Below are positions 19,089 to 28,428 of a stretch of DNA of 64,000 nucleotides, in pieces. The notes under the pieces were generated by a model. The model searched no databases. It worked only from the letters and a program-made list of their open reading frames with translations, and was not told the origin of the DNA. The position numbers and the translations under genes were made by a program. Each line of letters starts with the position of its first letter. Position 1 is the stretch's first letter. The stretch comes from Candidatus Omnitrophota bacterium (lineage in GTDB: Bacteria; Omnitrophota; Gorgyraeia; Gygaellales; Profunditerraquicolaceae): assembly GCA_026387335.1 (NCBI GenBank), contig JAPLLX010000003.1, forward strand, positions 138,230 to 202,229. Reading direction: 5' to 3'.

Positions 19089-19165
19089 TAGGGACGGTTC
19101 TCAAGACAATCTTAAACTGTCCCCTAATCAGGGACACTTTTCCTTTGAGTTGAGAACCGTCCCTA
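19089..19165. repeat. REP/REPIN-like palindromic element with perfect 16-bp terminal inverted repeats
   Basis: TAGGGACGGTTCTCAA (19089-19104) and TTGAGAACCGTCCCTA (19150-19165), with an inner TGTCCC...GGGACA hairpin. Confidence 0.85.
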
Positions 19166-19168
19166 CTG

Positions 19169-19423
19169 TTATTCCTTATACGCTGTTAAAACCGCTGCGC
19201 TTAGTTGCTCCTTAAGCTCTTTAGTGGCAGGATAAACCGTGTTATACCACTTTCCGTCTTTACCCTGATGCCGCGGCATACTCACAAACAATCCCTTGCT
19301 GCCGTTAACCACGCTAAAACCCTTAACGATTACCCCCGCCAAAGATACATCGGCGAAGGCCTTGAGCTTGGATTCGCCGTCGACCCGGTAGATCCGGCTG
19401 ACCTGAATCGTATTATCATCCAT
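19169..19423 (-). CDS. spoVG: SpoVG family nucleic-acid-binding regulator
   Basis: KLKAFADV...VKGFSVVNGSKGLFVSMP...KDGKWYNTVYP; ATG at 19423 follows a G-rich Shine-Dalgarno. Confidence 0.9.
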   Translation of the reverse strand: MDDNTIQVSRIYRVDGESKLKAFADVSLAGVIVKGFSVVNGSKGLFVSMPRHQGKDGKWYNTVYPATKELKEQLSAAVLTAYKE

Positions 19424-19493
19424 AAGAATCACCCCCCTTCTATCTAAATAGACGTAAGGGGAATGATTTTCTAACGCTAAAATTATCTAAAGA

Positions 19494-19781
19494 TCAGTAG
19501 GCGCTTTCCAGGTATATTTCATAACGCTTTATATCCTTGGCTGTACTATCATATTTTAGGTCTTCCACGATTTTTTCAAAACCCTTGGTTGCCCCGGCGT
19601 TAAGCCCATTGATTAAAATAATAACATTGGCTATAGCGATATTCTTGACAAAAATAATCATCCTTAGGGCTATGGCGGCATAGCTTTTAACGGTCTTATT
19701 GCTGACCTCGCCTCTTATGATAATATCGCCTGTTTCTTTGGACCGCTCAAAGCTTATATTGTAGTATTCTAAATTAATCAT
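19494..19781 (-). CDS. Hypothetical protein, possibly an FxLYD-like beta-sandwich
   Basis: 95 aa, coupled to the aroC stop; the IIRGEVSN...INGLNAGATKGFE pattern suggests the fold. Confidence 0.55.
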   Translation of the reverse strand: MINLEYYNISFERSKETGDIIIRGEVSNKTVKSYAAIALRMIIFVKNIAIANVIILINGLNAGATKGFEKIVEDLKYDSTAKDIKRYEIYLESAY

Positions 19782-20821
19782 GCGGATATACGCTTAATAT
19801 AGCCTGAGTAAGCTTGTTTTATATCCTTTAAATTATCGCATCCGAATTTCTCCAGGAACGCCTCAGCCAATACAAACGCGCAGGCCCCCTCGGCCACAAC
19901 AGCGGCAGCCTCCACTACAGAAGTATCCGAACGTTCAGTAGCTGCTTTAGAAATATGCTTGGTATTTATATTGACCGAATCCAAAGGTTTCATTAAGGTG
20001 CATATGGGTTTCATGCAGGCGCGCAAAATTATATCCTCGCCGTTAGAAATCCCGCCTTCAACGCCTCCGGCATTATTTGTTTTACGGAAATACCCTTTTG
20101 CCTTAGAGTAAAAAATTTCATCATGCACTTCCGAGCCAAAACTGACCGCGTAGCCTAACCCTAGGCCAAACTCTACAGCCTTAATCCCGGGGATAGCTAT
20201 TATTGCCTGGGCTAATTTTCCATCTAGGCGCCTGTCCGGCTGGACATAGCTGCCTAAACCTGACGGAGCGCCTTTGATTACTACTTCCAATATTCCTCCG
20301 ATAGTATCCTTCTTCTTCATAGCTTCGCTTATCTTCGCTTTCATATTTACGGCAGTATATTCACCGCCTACAGATAAGACCCGGCTACTGATATTTACCT
20401 TAAATTCATTTAAAAAAATCTTGCATAATCCGCCTATCCCTACGGTCGCGGCTGTGCTCCGGGCTGAGGCCCGCTCCAACACTTCCCTTATATCCGTAAA
20501 ACCGTATTTTAAGAGCCCGGATAAATCCGCGTGTCCCGGCCGCGGACATAAAACCTTATGCAGATTATCAATACCGCAATCTTTGTTCTGGATAAGCAGC
20601 GTGATCGGGCTGCCCAGAGTAGTATTATTCTTTAACCCTGATAATAACTGAGCCCGGTCATTTTCAATCTGCATCCTTTTACCGCGGCCAAAACCGGATT
20701 GCCTGCGCTTTAACTCTTTATTGATCGACTCCAGGTTTACTTTAAGGCCTGCCGGCATACCCTCAAGGATAGCCACAATCGCCTTGCCATGTGATTCACC
20801 CGCGCTTAATTGACGTAACAT
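19778..20821 (-). CDS. aroC: Chorismate synthase
   Basis: AGESHG, RPGHAD, ERASARSTA, NNAGGVEGGISNG, MKPI, ERSD. Confidence 0.95.
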   Translation of the reverse strand: MLRQLSAGESHGKAIVAILEGMPAGLKVNLESINKELKRRQSGFGRGKRMQIENDRAQLLSGLKNNTTLGSPITLLIQNKDCGIDNLHKVLCPRPGHADLSGLLKYGFTDIREVLERASARSTAATVGIGGLCKIFLNEFKVNISSRVLSVGGEYTAVNMKAKISEAMKKKDTIGGILEVVIKGAPSGLGSYVQPDRRLDGKLAQAIIAIPGIKAVEFGLGLGYAVSFGSEVHDEIFYSKAKGYFRKTNNAGGVEGGISNGEDIILRACMKPICTLMKPLDSVNINTKHISKAATERSDTSVVEAAAVVAEGACAFVLAEAFLEKFGCDNLKDIKQAYSGYIKRISA

Positions 20822-20839
20822 AATTACCTCCCTTATATT

Positions 20840-21406
20840 TTATTTCCATAATCCGCGTTTATTCTGACGGGCCTGCTGGTATAACTTAAGAAATAAATCC
20901 GCGTATTTTACGTTCGGCGGATAAGTCATTAATGACGCGTAACCCTCTTCTACGATCTTAGCGTTTACGAATGTCCCGTCTTTTAAATAAACATACGCCA
21001 ACAGCCTTTTATACCGGTCGTATCTCTCTACATCAAATTCCAGGCTCACCCGTTTCCCCTCAACCAGGTTTTTGGTAAATTCATACGAGCGCCGGCCTAA
21101 TTTCTGGATCGTGGTCACATCCTGTTTGGTGCGTTGAGCGTCCCGGTAAAGCTTATTGGATTCATGGAGCTCCGGCGTATCAATACCGATGAGCCTGACC
21201 CTCTCCCCGCTTTCCAGAAGAAGGGTATCTCCGTCAACTGCCCGGGTCACCAGGACATCCGCGTAATTATAATTCCTGCCAAAAGGCATAACGAATTTCG
21301 CTTTTGAAGAATCAAAAGAGAGCTGCGAGTCTTCATTACAGCCGACCAAACTAAATAATATAACCAATCCGCTCAACAAATAAATTTTATTTTTGCTATG
21401 TTTCAT
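20840..21406 (-). CDS. Thermonuclease (SNase) family lipoprotein
   Basis: VDGDT, VRLIGIDTPE, DRYKRLLAYV, GLW. Start reassigned to MKHSK (21406, after an AAGGGGGAG SD); lipobox LVGC. Confidence 0.9.
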   Translation of the reverse strand: MKHSKNKIYLLSGLVILFSLVGCNEDSQLSFDSSKAKFVMPFGRNYNYADVLVTRAVDGDTLLLESGERVRLIGIDTPELHESNKLYRDAQRTKQDVTTIQKLGRRSYEFTKNLVEGKRVSLEFDVERYDRYKRLLAYVYLKDGTFVNAKIVEEGYASLMTYPPNVKYADLFLKLYQQARQNKRGLWK

Positions 21407-21422
21407 TTTTTCTCCCCCTTTT

Positions 21423-21974
21423 TTAGAGGCTGCTTCCGATAATCCCGGCCAAGACCACAATATCTTCGGTGCAAAATATACCGGTTATACTGGAATCAAA
21501 ATACATATTCGCGTCAGGGCCGAACTCCGTATCAGCCTTCCAAAGCTTAACCAAGACCGGGACCCCGGCAAAAGCCTGAATAACAATCCCAAAATCTCCG
21601 CCGCCGGACTGCTCAGCCGGCAGCCTTTCTAACGCGGTTTTAATCGCTTCGGGGTTTTGGCCGTACTTTCTTATAATCGGCTCGATTGCCCGTTTACGGT
21701 AAGCGTCAAAATACCCTTCAACTCCGGAAAATTCCCTGAAGGTAAGCCAATTCCCGGTGACCCCGGGCAACCCTTTTATCTTTTGAACAAGATAATGCAG
21801 GATAAGAATGCTTGTAAAATCTTTCGCCTGGGTATTGCACGAAAGCGATAAGACCCTCTTGGCTTCTAAATCCAGGCTATATTCATCGGCTAAGAATTTA
21901 ACTGATAACTCCTTCGCCGGCTTTAACTTAGCTAAATCTTCCCAGGCCTTCTTAACGGCTACCTCATATCCCAC
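21423..21974 (-). CDS. DUF3786 family protein
   Basis: ILILHYL, WLTFREF..G..Y, W..D.EF...A...FD and TEDIVVL patterns. Confidence 0.75.
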   Translation of the reverse strand: MGYEVAVKKAWEDLAKLKPAKELSVKFLADEYSLDLEAKRVLSLSCNTQAKDFTSILILHYLVQKIKGLPGVTGNWLTFREFSGVEGYFDAYRKRAIEPIIRKYGQNPEAIKTALERLPAEQSGGGDFGIVIQAFAGVPVLVKLWKADTEFGPDANMYFDSSITGIFCTEDIVVLAGIIGSSL

Positions 21975-21980
21975 AAATTC

Positions 21981-22026
21981 ATTTTACTATTTATTATTAG
22001 ATAAATCAATGATTTTAGATTATAAT
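21981..22026. promoter_or_regulatory. Back-to-back divergent sigma70 promoters, both apparently leaderless
   Basis: Minus: TTGATT(22009-22004)-N17-TAAAAT-6 nt-GTG. Plus: TAGATA(21998-22003)-N17-TATAAT-6 nt-ATG(22033). Confidence 0.55.
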
Positions 22027-22032
22027 ATTTGT

Positions 22033-23913
22033 ATGATCTACGACCGGTTCCAACAGGAAGCGATTGACCACATAAATAACGGCCATTCGGTAATCGTCTC
22101 CGCTCCGACCGGAGCGGGAAAGACCGCCATTGCCGAACATATCATAACCACATGCATTGAAAAGAATATAGGCGTAATCTACACCGCTCCTATCAAAGCC
22201 CTCTCTAACCAGAAGTTCCGCGATTTTCAGGCTCAATACGGAGATAAGATCGGGCTATTGACCGGGGACGTTTCCTTAAACGCTTCCGCTCCGATTTTAA
22301 TCATGACTACCGAGATCTTCCGCAATAAAATCCTGGATGAGCCCAAAAGCCTGGAACAATACTCCTGGATCATATTTGACGAAATTCATTATATTGATAA
22401 CCCCGAGCGCGGCACTGTCTGGGAAGAATCCCTGATTTTTCTGCCCCGGCATATGAATATTCTGGGGTTATCCGCGACTATCCCGAACATAAAACAATTC
22501 GCCTCCTGGATCGAATCAATCCATAATAAACCGGTCCAGACCGTAATTGAAGAAAAACGGCCCGTGCCTTTGCATTTCTTCTTTCAGGTCGGCAACGAAA
22601 TCAGCGATAAGCTTGACCACTTTAAAAGGATGCGTTTCCATAAACCTAATAAATTATTCGGCCTGATAAATTATCTGCGTTCCAAGGAAGGGCTGCCCTG
22701 TATATATTTTGTCTTCGGCCGGCGCCGGGCGGAAGAATTAGCGTCGGATCTAGCCTCTTCTAATTTCCTGAACGCGGAAGAAAAAACAAAAATCCTGCGG
22801 ATGTATAGCGAACTCTGCGAGCGTTTTGACTTAAAAGGCGACCGCACTGCCCAAAATTTATACCAGCTTGTGCAAAACGGCATCGCCTACCACCACGCCG
22901 GAATGCTCCCTACCTTAAAAGAAGTGATTGAAAGGCTCTTTACGAGCAGGCTCTTAAAAGTCATCTTTACCACTGAGACATTTGCCTTAGGGATAAATAT
23001 GCCCAGCCGCACGGTTATATTTGATGAACTGCGTAAATTCTACGGCCGTTACGTGCGGGCCTTAAAGACGCGGGATTTCTACCAGATGGCTGGACGCGCG
23101 GGCAGGCGGGGGATTGATACCGAAGGCTCGGTCTATTGCCGGATCAACCTGCAGAGGATCCGCCTGGAGGAAGTCAAACGCGTAATTTACGGTAAGCCCG
23201 AAGAAGTAAAAAGCCAGCTGAACACTTCTTACGCCACTATTCTTAATCTTTATGAAAAATATAAAGAAGATTTATTTAAGATCTACCCTCTTTCATTGCA
23301 TTTCTTCCAGTCGCGCAAAAACGAGCAAAAAGAGGCCCTCAGGCTTATCGAGGCTAAATTAAATTTATTGAAAGGCTTAAACTACATAGCTGACGGCGCT
23401 TTGACCGAAAAAGGACAATTCGCCAAAAATGTCTACGGTTATGAATTGATCTTAAGCGAGCTCTACGACCAGCATATCTTAGAGCAGTTGGATGAATTCG
23501 GTTTGGGAGTAATAGCGGTTTCCGCTGTATTTGAGCCGCGTAAAAACCAACGCCTCCCCTCTAACCTTTCTAAAAGTACCCGGCAGATCAAAAAGCTCTG
23601 CGAGGATATCTACGACGGGATCAAACATAAAGAAGAAAAATTGCGGATCTATCCTTTCAGCAAACTCCCCTATTTTCACATGAGTACCGCAATGGAGGCT
23701 TGGCTGCGCGGAACAAATTTTGATAAGACCTTGAGGTTCGGGGATACCGATGAAGGCGAAGTAGTGCGCTATTTCCGGATGAGTGTGCAGGTTCTACGCG
23801 AAATCAAAGACGCCAAAATTTCTTCTTATGTATTAAAAGATAAAATCAAAGAGACGATACGCGTAATTAACCGCGATGTAGTGGACGCGGAGAAACAACT
23901 TAGGGAAGGCTAA
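22033..23913 (+). CDS. DEAD/DEAH-box RNA helicase, Ski2/HelY-like with C-terminal DSHCT domain
   Basis: APTGAGKT, PIKALSNQK, DEIH, SAT, HHAGMLP, TETFALGINMP, QMAGRAGRRG. Likely start is MIYDRFQ at 22033. Confidence 0.9.
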   Translation: MIYDRFQQEAIDHINNGHSVIVSAPTGAGKTAIAEHIITTCIEKNIGVIYTAPIKALSNQKFRDFQAQYGDKIGLLTGDVSLNASAPILIMTTEIFRNKILDEPKSLEQYSWIIFDEIHYIDNPERGTVWEESLIFLPRHMNILGLSATIPNIKQFASWIESIHNKPVQTVIEEKRPVPLHFFFQVGNEISDKLDHFKRMRFHKPNKLFGLINYLRSKEGLPCIYFVFGRRRAEELASDLASSNFLNAEEKTKILRMYSELCERFDLKGDRTAQNLYQLVQNGIAYHHAGMLPTLKEVIERLFTSRLLKVIFTTETFALGINMPSRTVIFDELRKFYGRYVRALKTRDFYQMAGRAGRRGIDTEGSVYCRINLQRIRLEEVKRVIYGKPEEVKSQLNTSYATILNLYEKYKEDLFKIYPLSLHFFQSRKNEQKEALRLIEAKLNLLKGLNYIADGALTEKGQFAKNVYGYELILSELYDQHILEQLDEFGLGVIAVSAVFEPRKNQRLPSNLSKSTRQIKKLCEDIYDGIKHKEEKLRIYPFSKLPYFHMSTAMEAWLRGTNFDKTLRFGDTDEGEVVRYFRMSVQVLREIKDAKISSYVLKDKIKETIRVINRDVVDAEKQLREG

Positions 23914-24340
23914 ACTCTACTTTATCTCCTACCTGTAGCTTATACTTATCGCAAAATCCGGCATTCACTTCCAGCGCATAAAGGGCGGCAGCTAAAGGAG
24001 CCAGAGCCCGGTTTTCTTGATCATTAGGAGGCTCGGGCTGGAAATACTTTACCATGCCGACAATTTTTTTATGCGCATCCAGCCAGAGGATATCCAGGGG
24101 GAAATTCATATTTTTCATATAGAAAAACTGCCGTTCCAGCCGCTCAAAGATAAAAAGCATCCCTTGACCTTGGGCTAAACTCTTCCTGAACATTAAGCCC
24201 TTTTGTCTGTCGCTATCAGTATCTACGACTTCGGCGCTGATACATATATTCTTAAAGCAGACTTTTTTATTTTTGGAATTTGGCAGGCAACCCGAGGTAA
24301 AAATCAGGATAAGAACCAGCAGGAAAAGCTTATTTAAGAT
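23900..24340 (-). CDS. DUF192 family lipoprotein
   Basis: R.KGLMFR...GMLFIF...[12 protein letters not shown]...ALEVNAG. The frame extends 49 codons upstream of the track's Met and includes a signal peptide ending FTSGC; the start appears non-canonical (ATC at 24340). Confidence 0.8.
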   Translation of the reverse strand: MLNKLFLLVLILIFTSGCLPNSKNKKVCFKNICISAEVVDTDSDRQKGLMFRKSLAQGQGMLFIFERLERQFFYMKNMNFPLDILWLDAHKKIVGMVKYFQPEPPNDQENRALAPLAAALYALEVNAGFCDKYKLQVGDKVEFSLP

Positions 24341-25281
24341 GACTCTCCTCTTTCTTTATATTCCAGATAATCCCGAAGTATTTTTTTATGGTCAAAAGCC
24401 AGATCCAGCAAAACAGCTTCCTTAGGCTGAACTATTTTTAATGCCGCCGCGTCATCGCCGGCTTTGGGCTTACCTTTGGCGCAGGCAATAAAAATAGTCC
24501 CTATAGTGTGGAAGCGCGGGTCGCGCTTAGGGTCAGAGTAAATATGGAATTGTTTTACGCGAGTTATATCCAGTCCGGTCTCTTCTTTTGCTTCTCTGAC
24601 AACAGCGTCTTCCAGGCTCTCGCCATAATCCACGAATCCTCCCGGCAGGGCCCAACCAAAAGGAGGGTTGCTCCGCTGGATCAGGACTATACCGCCGTCT
24701 ATTTCAATTATGGCATCAACCGTAGGAAACGGACCATTCTGCAATTTATAAACAATATGCTCTAAGTATTTGATCACCCCTTGATCAAAGATAGTGTAAG
24801 CCTCCTGGTCGTAGAGGCTAAAAGATATTTCTTTAAGCTGGGAATCCTCTTCCCTTAAATAACGCCAAACTTCCTGGGCCATAATTTTAGCCGAAGCCAA
24901 TAAAGGAAACTTGCCCACTCCGCAGCCTAACGCCGGGAAGACGATAGACTTTACCCCTAACTCATCCGCTATCCTTAAAGAATTCCTGCAGGAATTCCGG
25001 ATCTTTATTTCATCGGTTTTAAAATCCGGGCCCATGACCGCGGCATGAATTATATATTTTGCCTTTAAGTCTCCGGCGGTAGTAAAAACTGCTTCGCCTA
25101 TATTTATCGGGCATTTTTTTAGCGCTTCTTCCTCAATAATTTTGCCGCCCTTGTTTTTTATAGCCGCGGCCACCCCCCCGCCCATAATTCCTTGATTATT
25201 TGCCGCGTTGACAATGGCCTCGGCTGCCAGCTCGGTAATATCCGCCTGAACAATTTTTATTTCGCACTTGTTGATTTTCAT
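24334..25281 (-). CDS. Macro domain-Nudix hydrolase fusion (ADP-ribose processing)
   Basis: Macro motifs [31 protein letters not shown]; Nudix box [23 protein letters not shown]. Confidence 0.9.
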   Translation of the reverse strand: MKINKCEIKIVQADITELAAEAIVNAANNQGIMGGGVAAAIKNKGGKIIEEEALKKCPINIGEAVFTTAGDLKAKYIIHAAVMGPDFKTDEIKIRNSCRNSLRIADELGVKSIVFPALGCGVGKFPLLASAKIMAQEVWRYLREEDSQLKEISFSLYDQEAYTIFDQGVIKYLEHIVYKLQNGPFPTVDAIIEIDGGIVLIQRSNPPFGWALPGGFVDYGESLEDAVVREAKEETGLDITRVKQFHIYSDPKRDPRFHTIGTIFIACAKGKPKAGDDAAALKIVQPKEAVLLDLAFDHKKILRDYLEYKERGESS

Positions 25282-25295
25282 GCTTAACCCTCTCG

Positions 25296-25991
25296 CTATA
25301 GCTTTTCCAGTATCAACTTCTTATTTTTCTGGTCAACCTTAAAGTTAAACCTCTTTAAGAACGACATCCCCAGCAACCCGTCGCCAAAACCGGACTTTCC
25401 TGTATCATCCAGTAAAACCGCTGCCTCCACGTTTCTGGCCTCCACCCCCTGGACCTCTACCCTGTCAATAAAGGCGCGCTTGGCTTTAATTTCGTGGCCG
25501 CCGACAACCTGGGCTTTCATATCCAGAGAGCTGCCGGTTAAATCAATCTTTAATTTATCCGCGATATTCTTAGTGATGATCATAACCGAAGCGCCGGTAT
25601 CTAAAACCATTTTGGCTTCCACTTTATTATTCAGGATGACCTTTACCGTGATACCCTGCTGGTCGGAAGAGAACTTTACGGAGCTGGGAGCGCCCTCTTC
25701 TTCAAGTTTTTGTTTAGCCGCTTTTTCCTCTGACTCAATTTTATTCTCCTGCCATTTACGGCGCAAAGCCAAAGAATTATCAGAAGAGCCTTTGACGATA
25801 TTTTCTATTTCGCTTTTAAGAAAACTTACCTGGCAAGCTTCGCCTACTTCCAATTCTACGGTTTTAGCGTTGTCGTTTTTTACAATGCCTACTACGCTGC
25901 GGCCGTTTTTAAGGTAGATGATATCGGCAGAGGAATACAGGGGAAAAACAAAGAAGATAAACAGACTGATGAGAACCTTCGGAATGACCAT
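25296..25991 (-). CDS. Secreted retropepsin-like (clan AA) aspartic protease
   Basis: Signal peptide, N-terminal DIIYLKNG module, [14 protein letters not shown]. Confidence 0.85.
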   Translation of the reverse strand: MVIPKVLISLFIFFVFPLYSSADIIYLKNGRSVVGIVKNDNAKTVELEVGEACQVSFLKSEIENIVKGSSDNSLALRRKWQENKIESEEKAAKQKLEEEGAPSSVKFSSDQQGITVKVILNNKVEAKMVLDTGASVMIITKNIADKLKIDLTGSSLDMKAQVVGGHEIKAKRAFIDRVEVQGVEARNVEAAVLLDDTGKSGFGDGLLGMSFLKRFNFKVDQKNKKLILEKL

Positions 25992-27394
25992 TAGCCTCTT
26001 TTAAATTTAGCGGGTTTGGGGAAATTTTTAATTGCTTCCAGCGACTTCTTTAAGTCTTCTTCGGGGAGGTAATAATCGGATAATCCTCCGCTTAAGAATT
26101 TAGCGTAACCCGCTAAATCCATAAGGCCGTGCCCGCTGTAATTAAAAAGAATGACCTTCTTTTTCCCTTCCTTCTTGGCCTTAAGCGCTTCGTCAATCGC
26201 GCAGGCGATGGCGTGAGTCGTCTCCGGAGCAGGAAGAGTGCCTTCGGTTTTCAGCCAAAGCATGGCTGATGCGTAACATTTTAGCTGGTCATAAGCCCTA
26301 GGCTCGACCAGGCCATCCATAATTGCCTGGCTCACTAGCGGCGCCATACCGTGATAACGCAGGCCTCCGGCGTGAATCGGTTCGGGGATAAAGCCGTGGC
26401 CCAAGGTAAACATCGGAAGAAGCGGCGTCATCCCGGCGGTATCGCCGAAATCATAAGCAAAGGGCCCCCGCGTCAGCGTCGGACAGGCTGTGGGTTCAAC
26501 CGGTATGATCTTGATCTTGGCGCCGTGGATCTTATCGTATAAAAACGGAAAGGCCAGCCCCGCGAAATTACTTCCTCCGCCGACGCAACCGATAATGACA
26601 TCCGGTTTCTTAACTCCTACCATGGCCAATTGCTTCTTCGCTTCTAAACCGATTATAGTCTGGTGTAATAATACGTGATTCAACACGCTCCCTAAAGAAT
26701 AGCGGGTCGCGCCGCTTTTATCCGCAACAGCCTCTTCTATCGCCTCGCTTATAGCTATGCCTAAAGACCCCGGGGTATCCGGCATCTTGCTTAAAATTTC
26801 CCGGCCGGCGTTAGTTTCATTGCTGGGGCTGGCAACGCACTTGGCGTTCCAGACCTGCATCATAATTTTACGCAATGGCTTCTGGTCAAAGCTGATGCGC
26901 ACCATATACACCTTGCATTCCAGGCCTATTAAATTACAGGCAAAGGCTAAAGCGCAACCCCATTGCCCGGCCCCGGTCTCGGTGGTCAACTTCTTTATCC
27001 CGAATTTTTTATTATACCAGGCCTGAGCCACTGCGGTATTGGGCTTATGGCTTCCCGCCGGACTGACACTTTCATCTTTATAATAAATGCGCGCCGGCGT
27101 TTTTAAGTGCTGCTCCAGATACACTGCCCGCCGCAAAGGCGCTGGCCGCCAACGGTAAAGGATCTCTAAAATCTCCTCCGGAATATCTATCCAGCGTTTA
27201 GTAGACATCTCCTGCTCGATTAAGTTCTTCGGAAAGACCTTTTCCAGCATCTTAGGCTCTAAAGGGCTTCCATCGGGGCCTAGCGCTGGCAATAACGGAG
27301 TCGGTAAATCCGCGGCCAGGTTATACCATTTCTTAGGTATATCTTTCTCGTCTAACAATATCTTCTTACAAACCATATACTTATCTTTCCTCAC
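25991..27394 (-). CDS. TrpB-like PLP enzyme (TrpB2)
   Basis: [49 protein letters not shown]; no trpA nearby. Confidence 0.92.
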   Translation of the reverse strand: MRKDKYMVCKKILLDEKDIPKKWYNLAADLPTPLLPALGPDGSPLEPKMLEKVFPKNLIEQEMSTKRWIDIPEEILEILYRWRPAPLRRAVYLEQHLKTPARIYYKDESVSPAGSHKPNTAVAQAWYNKKFGIKKLTTETGAGQWGCALAFACNLIGLECKVYMVRISFDQKPLRKIMMQVWNAKCVASPSNETNAGREILSKMPDTPGSLGIAISEAIEEAVADKSGATRYSLGSVLNHVLLHQTIIGLEAKKQLAMVGVKKPDVIIGCVGGGSNFAGLAFPFLYDKIHGAKIKIIPVEPTACPTLTRGPFAYDFGDTAGMTPLLPMFTLGHGFIPEPIHAGGLRYHGMAPLVSQAIMDGLVEPRAYDQLKCYASAMLWLKTEGTLPAPETTHAIACAIDEALKAKKEGKKKVILFNYSGHGLMDLAGYAKFLSGGLSDYYLPEEDLKKSLEAIKNFPKPAKFKRG

Positions 27395-27405
27395 GCTTAG
27401 AAAAA

Positions 27406-28392
27406 TTACATTATGATATCCAGGCGGAATTCACTATAGAAACCATTATCCAACGCGACCTTGCCTAAATTGTTCTCTTTGTATTTGATCGACCGGTCAA
27501 ATACGCTACCGCAAGCAAGAGAGGCTTTAATATTTTTATTTATCGCGCATCTTAAGCCCGCGCCTAAGCGTATTTCATTATAATTAAGCACTAAATTCTT
27601 AAGGTCGCCCTGTTTTACTTTGTATTCGTCGGAGAGATAGTCTCCCTGGGCAAAAACCGTCCACCTTTTGCTAAAATCGTAAGCGATTTCCGGGTTACTG
27701 GGCGTTATGTTAAAGGTAAGCCGGTCATTGGGCCTATAGATAAACCCTACGATCGGATCAAGCGCAGGCCGAAAACCCGGAGAGTATTCTACCCCGGCGA
27801 TAAGGGTCAATTTTTCATTGGGCTGATAAATCATAAAATAACGCTGGATAAGAGAGAACGTTGAAGAATTAAAATTCCAGTTATCTGAAAAAAATGAAGG
27901 CGCCAGGCCGATAGTAAGATAAGTCTTATCCAGGTTAAAAAACGGCAGCGTAGTCTCCATACCGAAAGAAGCCGCAGTCAGTTTCGCCGGAAGCTGAACG
28001 GCTGTAGAATTATGTATTCCTATATACTTGCTGATCACGGCGAATTGAATAGGTAATTGGTCAAAAGCCTTAATATTATAATTATATTCTGAAGCCGCGG
28101 TCACTAATCCGACTTTCCCTGACTGGCACTTGGCTCCTGTATTAGGCATGAAACGCACGTAACTATCCAGCTCCTGGCGAAAAAATTCTTCTTCCACCAC
28201 AATAGGCTTACCCAATTTCTGGCGGTAATCAAGAGCAGAGGGATCATCGGACTCCTGGGCTGCCTGAATTGCCTGTTCCTGCGCCCGCTCCCTGCCTTCA
28301 TCCGCATAAACATCCAATAAAAGCAGCGAAAAAATAAAAACGCCTAACAACAAGAATAATGCTCCCCGCTTTCCGGTTACTTTTATTAACAT
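27406..28392 (-). CDS. Putative outer-membrane beta-barrel protein (DUF6268-like)
   Basis: Signal peptide followed by alternating amphipathic beta-strands rich in aromatic residues. Confidence 0.55.
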   Translation of the reverse strand: MLIKVTGKRGALFLLLGVFIFSLLLLDVYADEGRERAQEQAIQAAQESDDPSALDYRQKLGKPIVVEEEFFRQELDSYVRFMPNTGAKCQSGKVGLVTAASEYNYNIKAFDQLPIQFAVISKYIGIHNSTAVQLPAKLTAASFGMETTLPFFNLDKTYLTIGLAPSFFSDNWNFNSSTFSLIQRYFMIYQPNEKLTLIAGVEYSPGFRPALDPIVGFIYRPNDRLTFNITPSNPEIAYDFSKRWTVFAQGDYLSDEYKVKQGDLKNLVLNYNEIRLGAGLRCAINKNIKASLACGSVFDRSIKYKENNLGKVALDNGFYSEFRLDIIM

Positions 28393-28428
28393 GGACTCTC
28401 CTTTGTTTTTTTAATTATAGCATAAATG

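Noticed and set aside
20840-25281. Nuclease + helicase + Macro-Nudix as an anti-phage defence island
   Set aside because: The genes are on different strands, have host-like composition, and the nuclease is an exported lipoprotein; nothing supports a single system.
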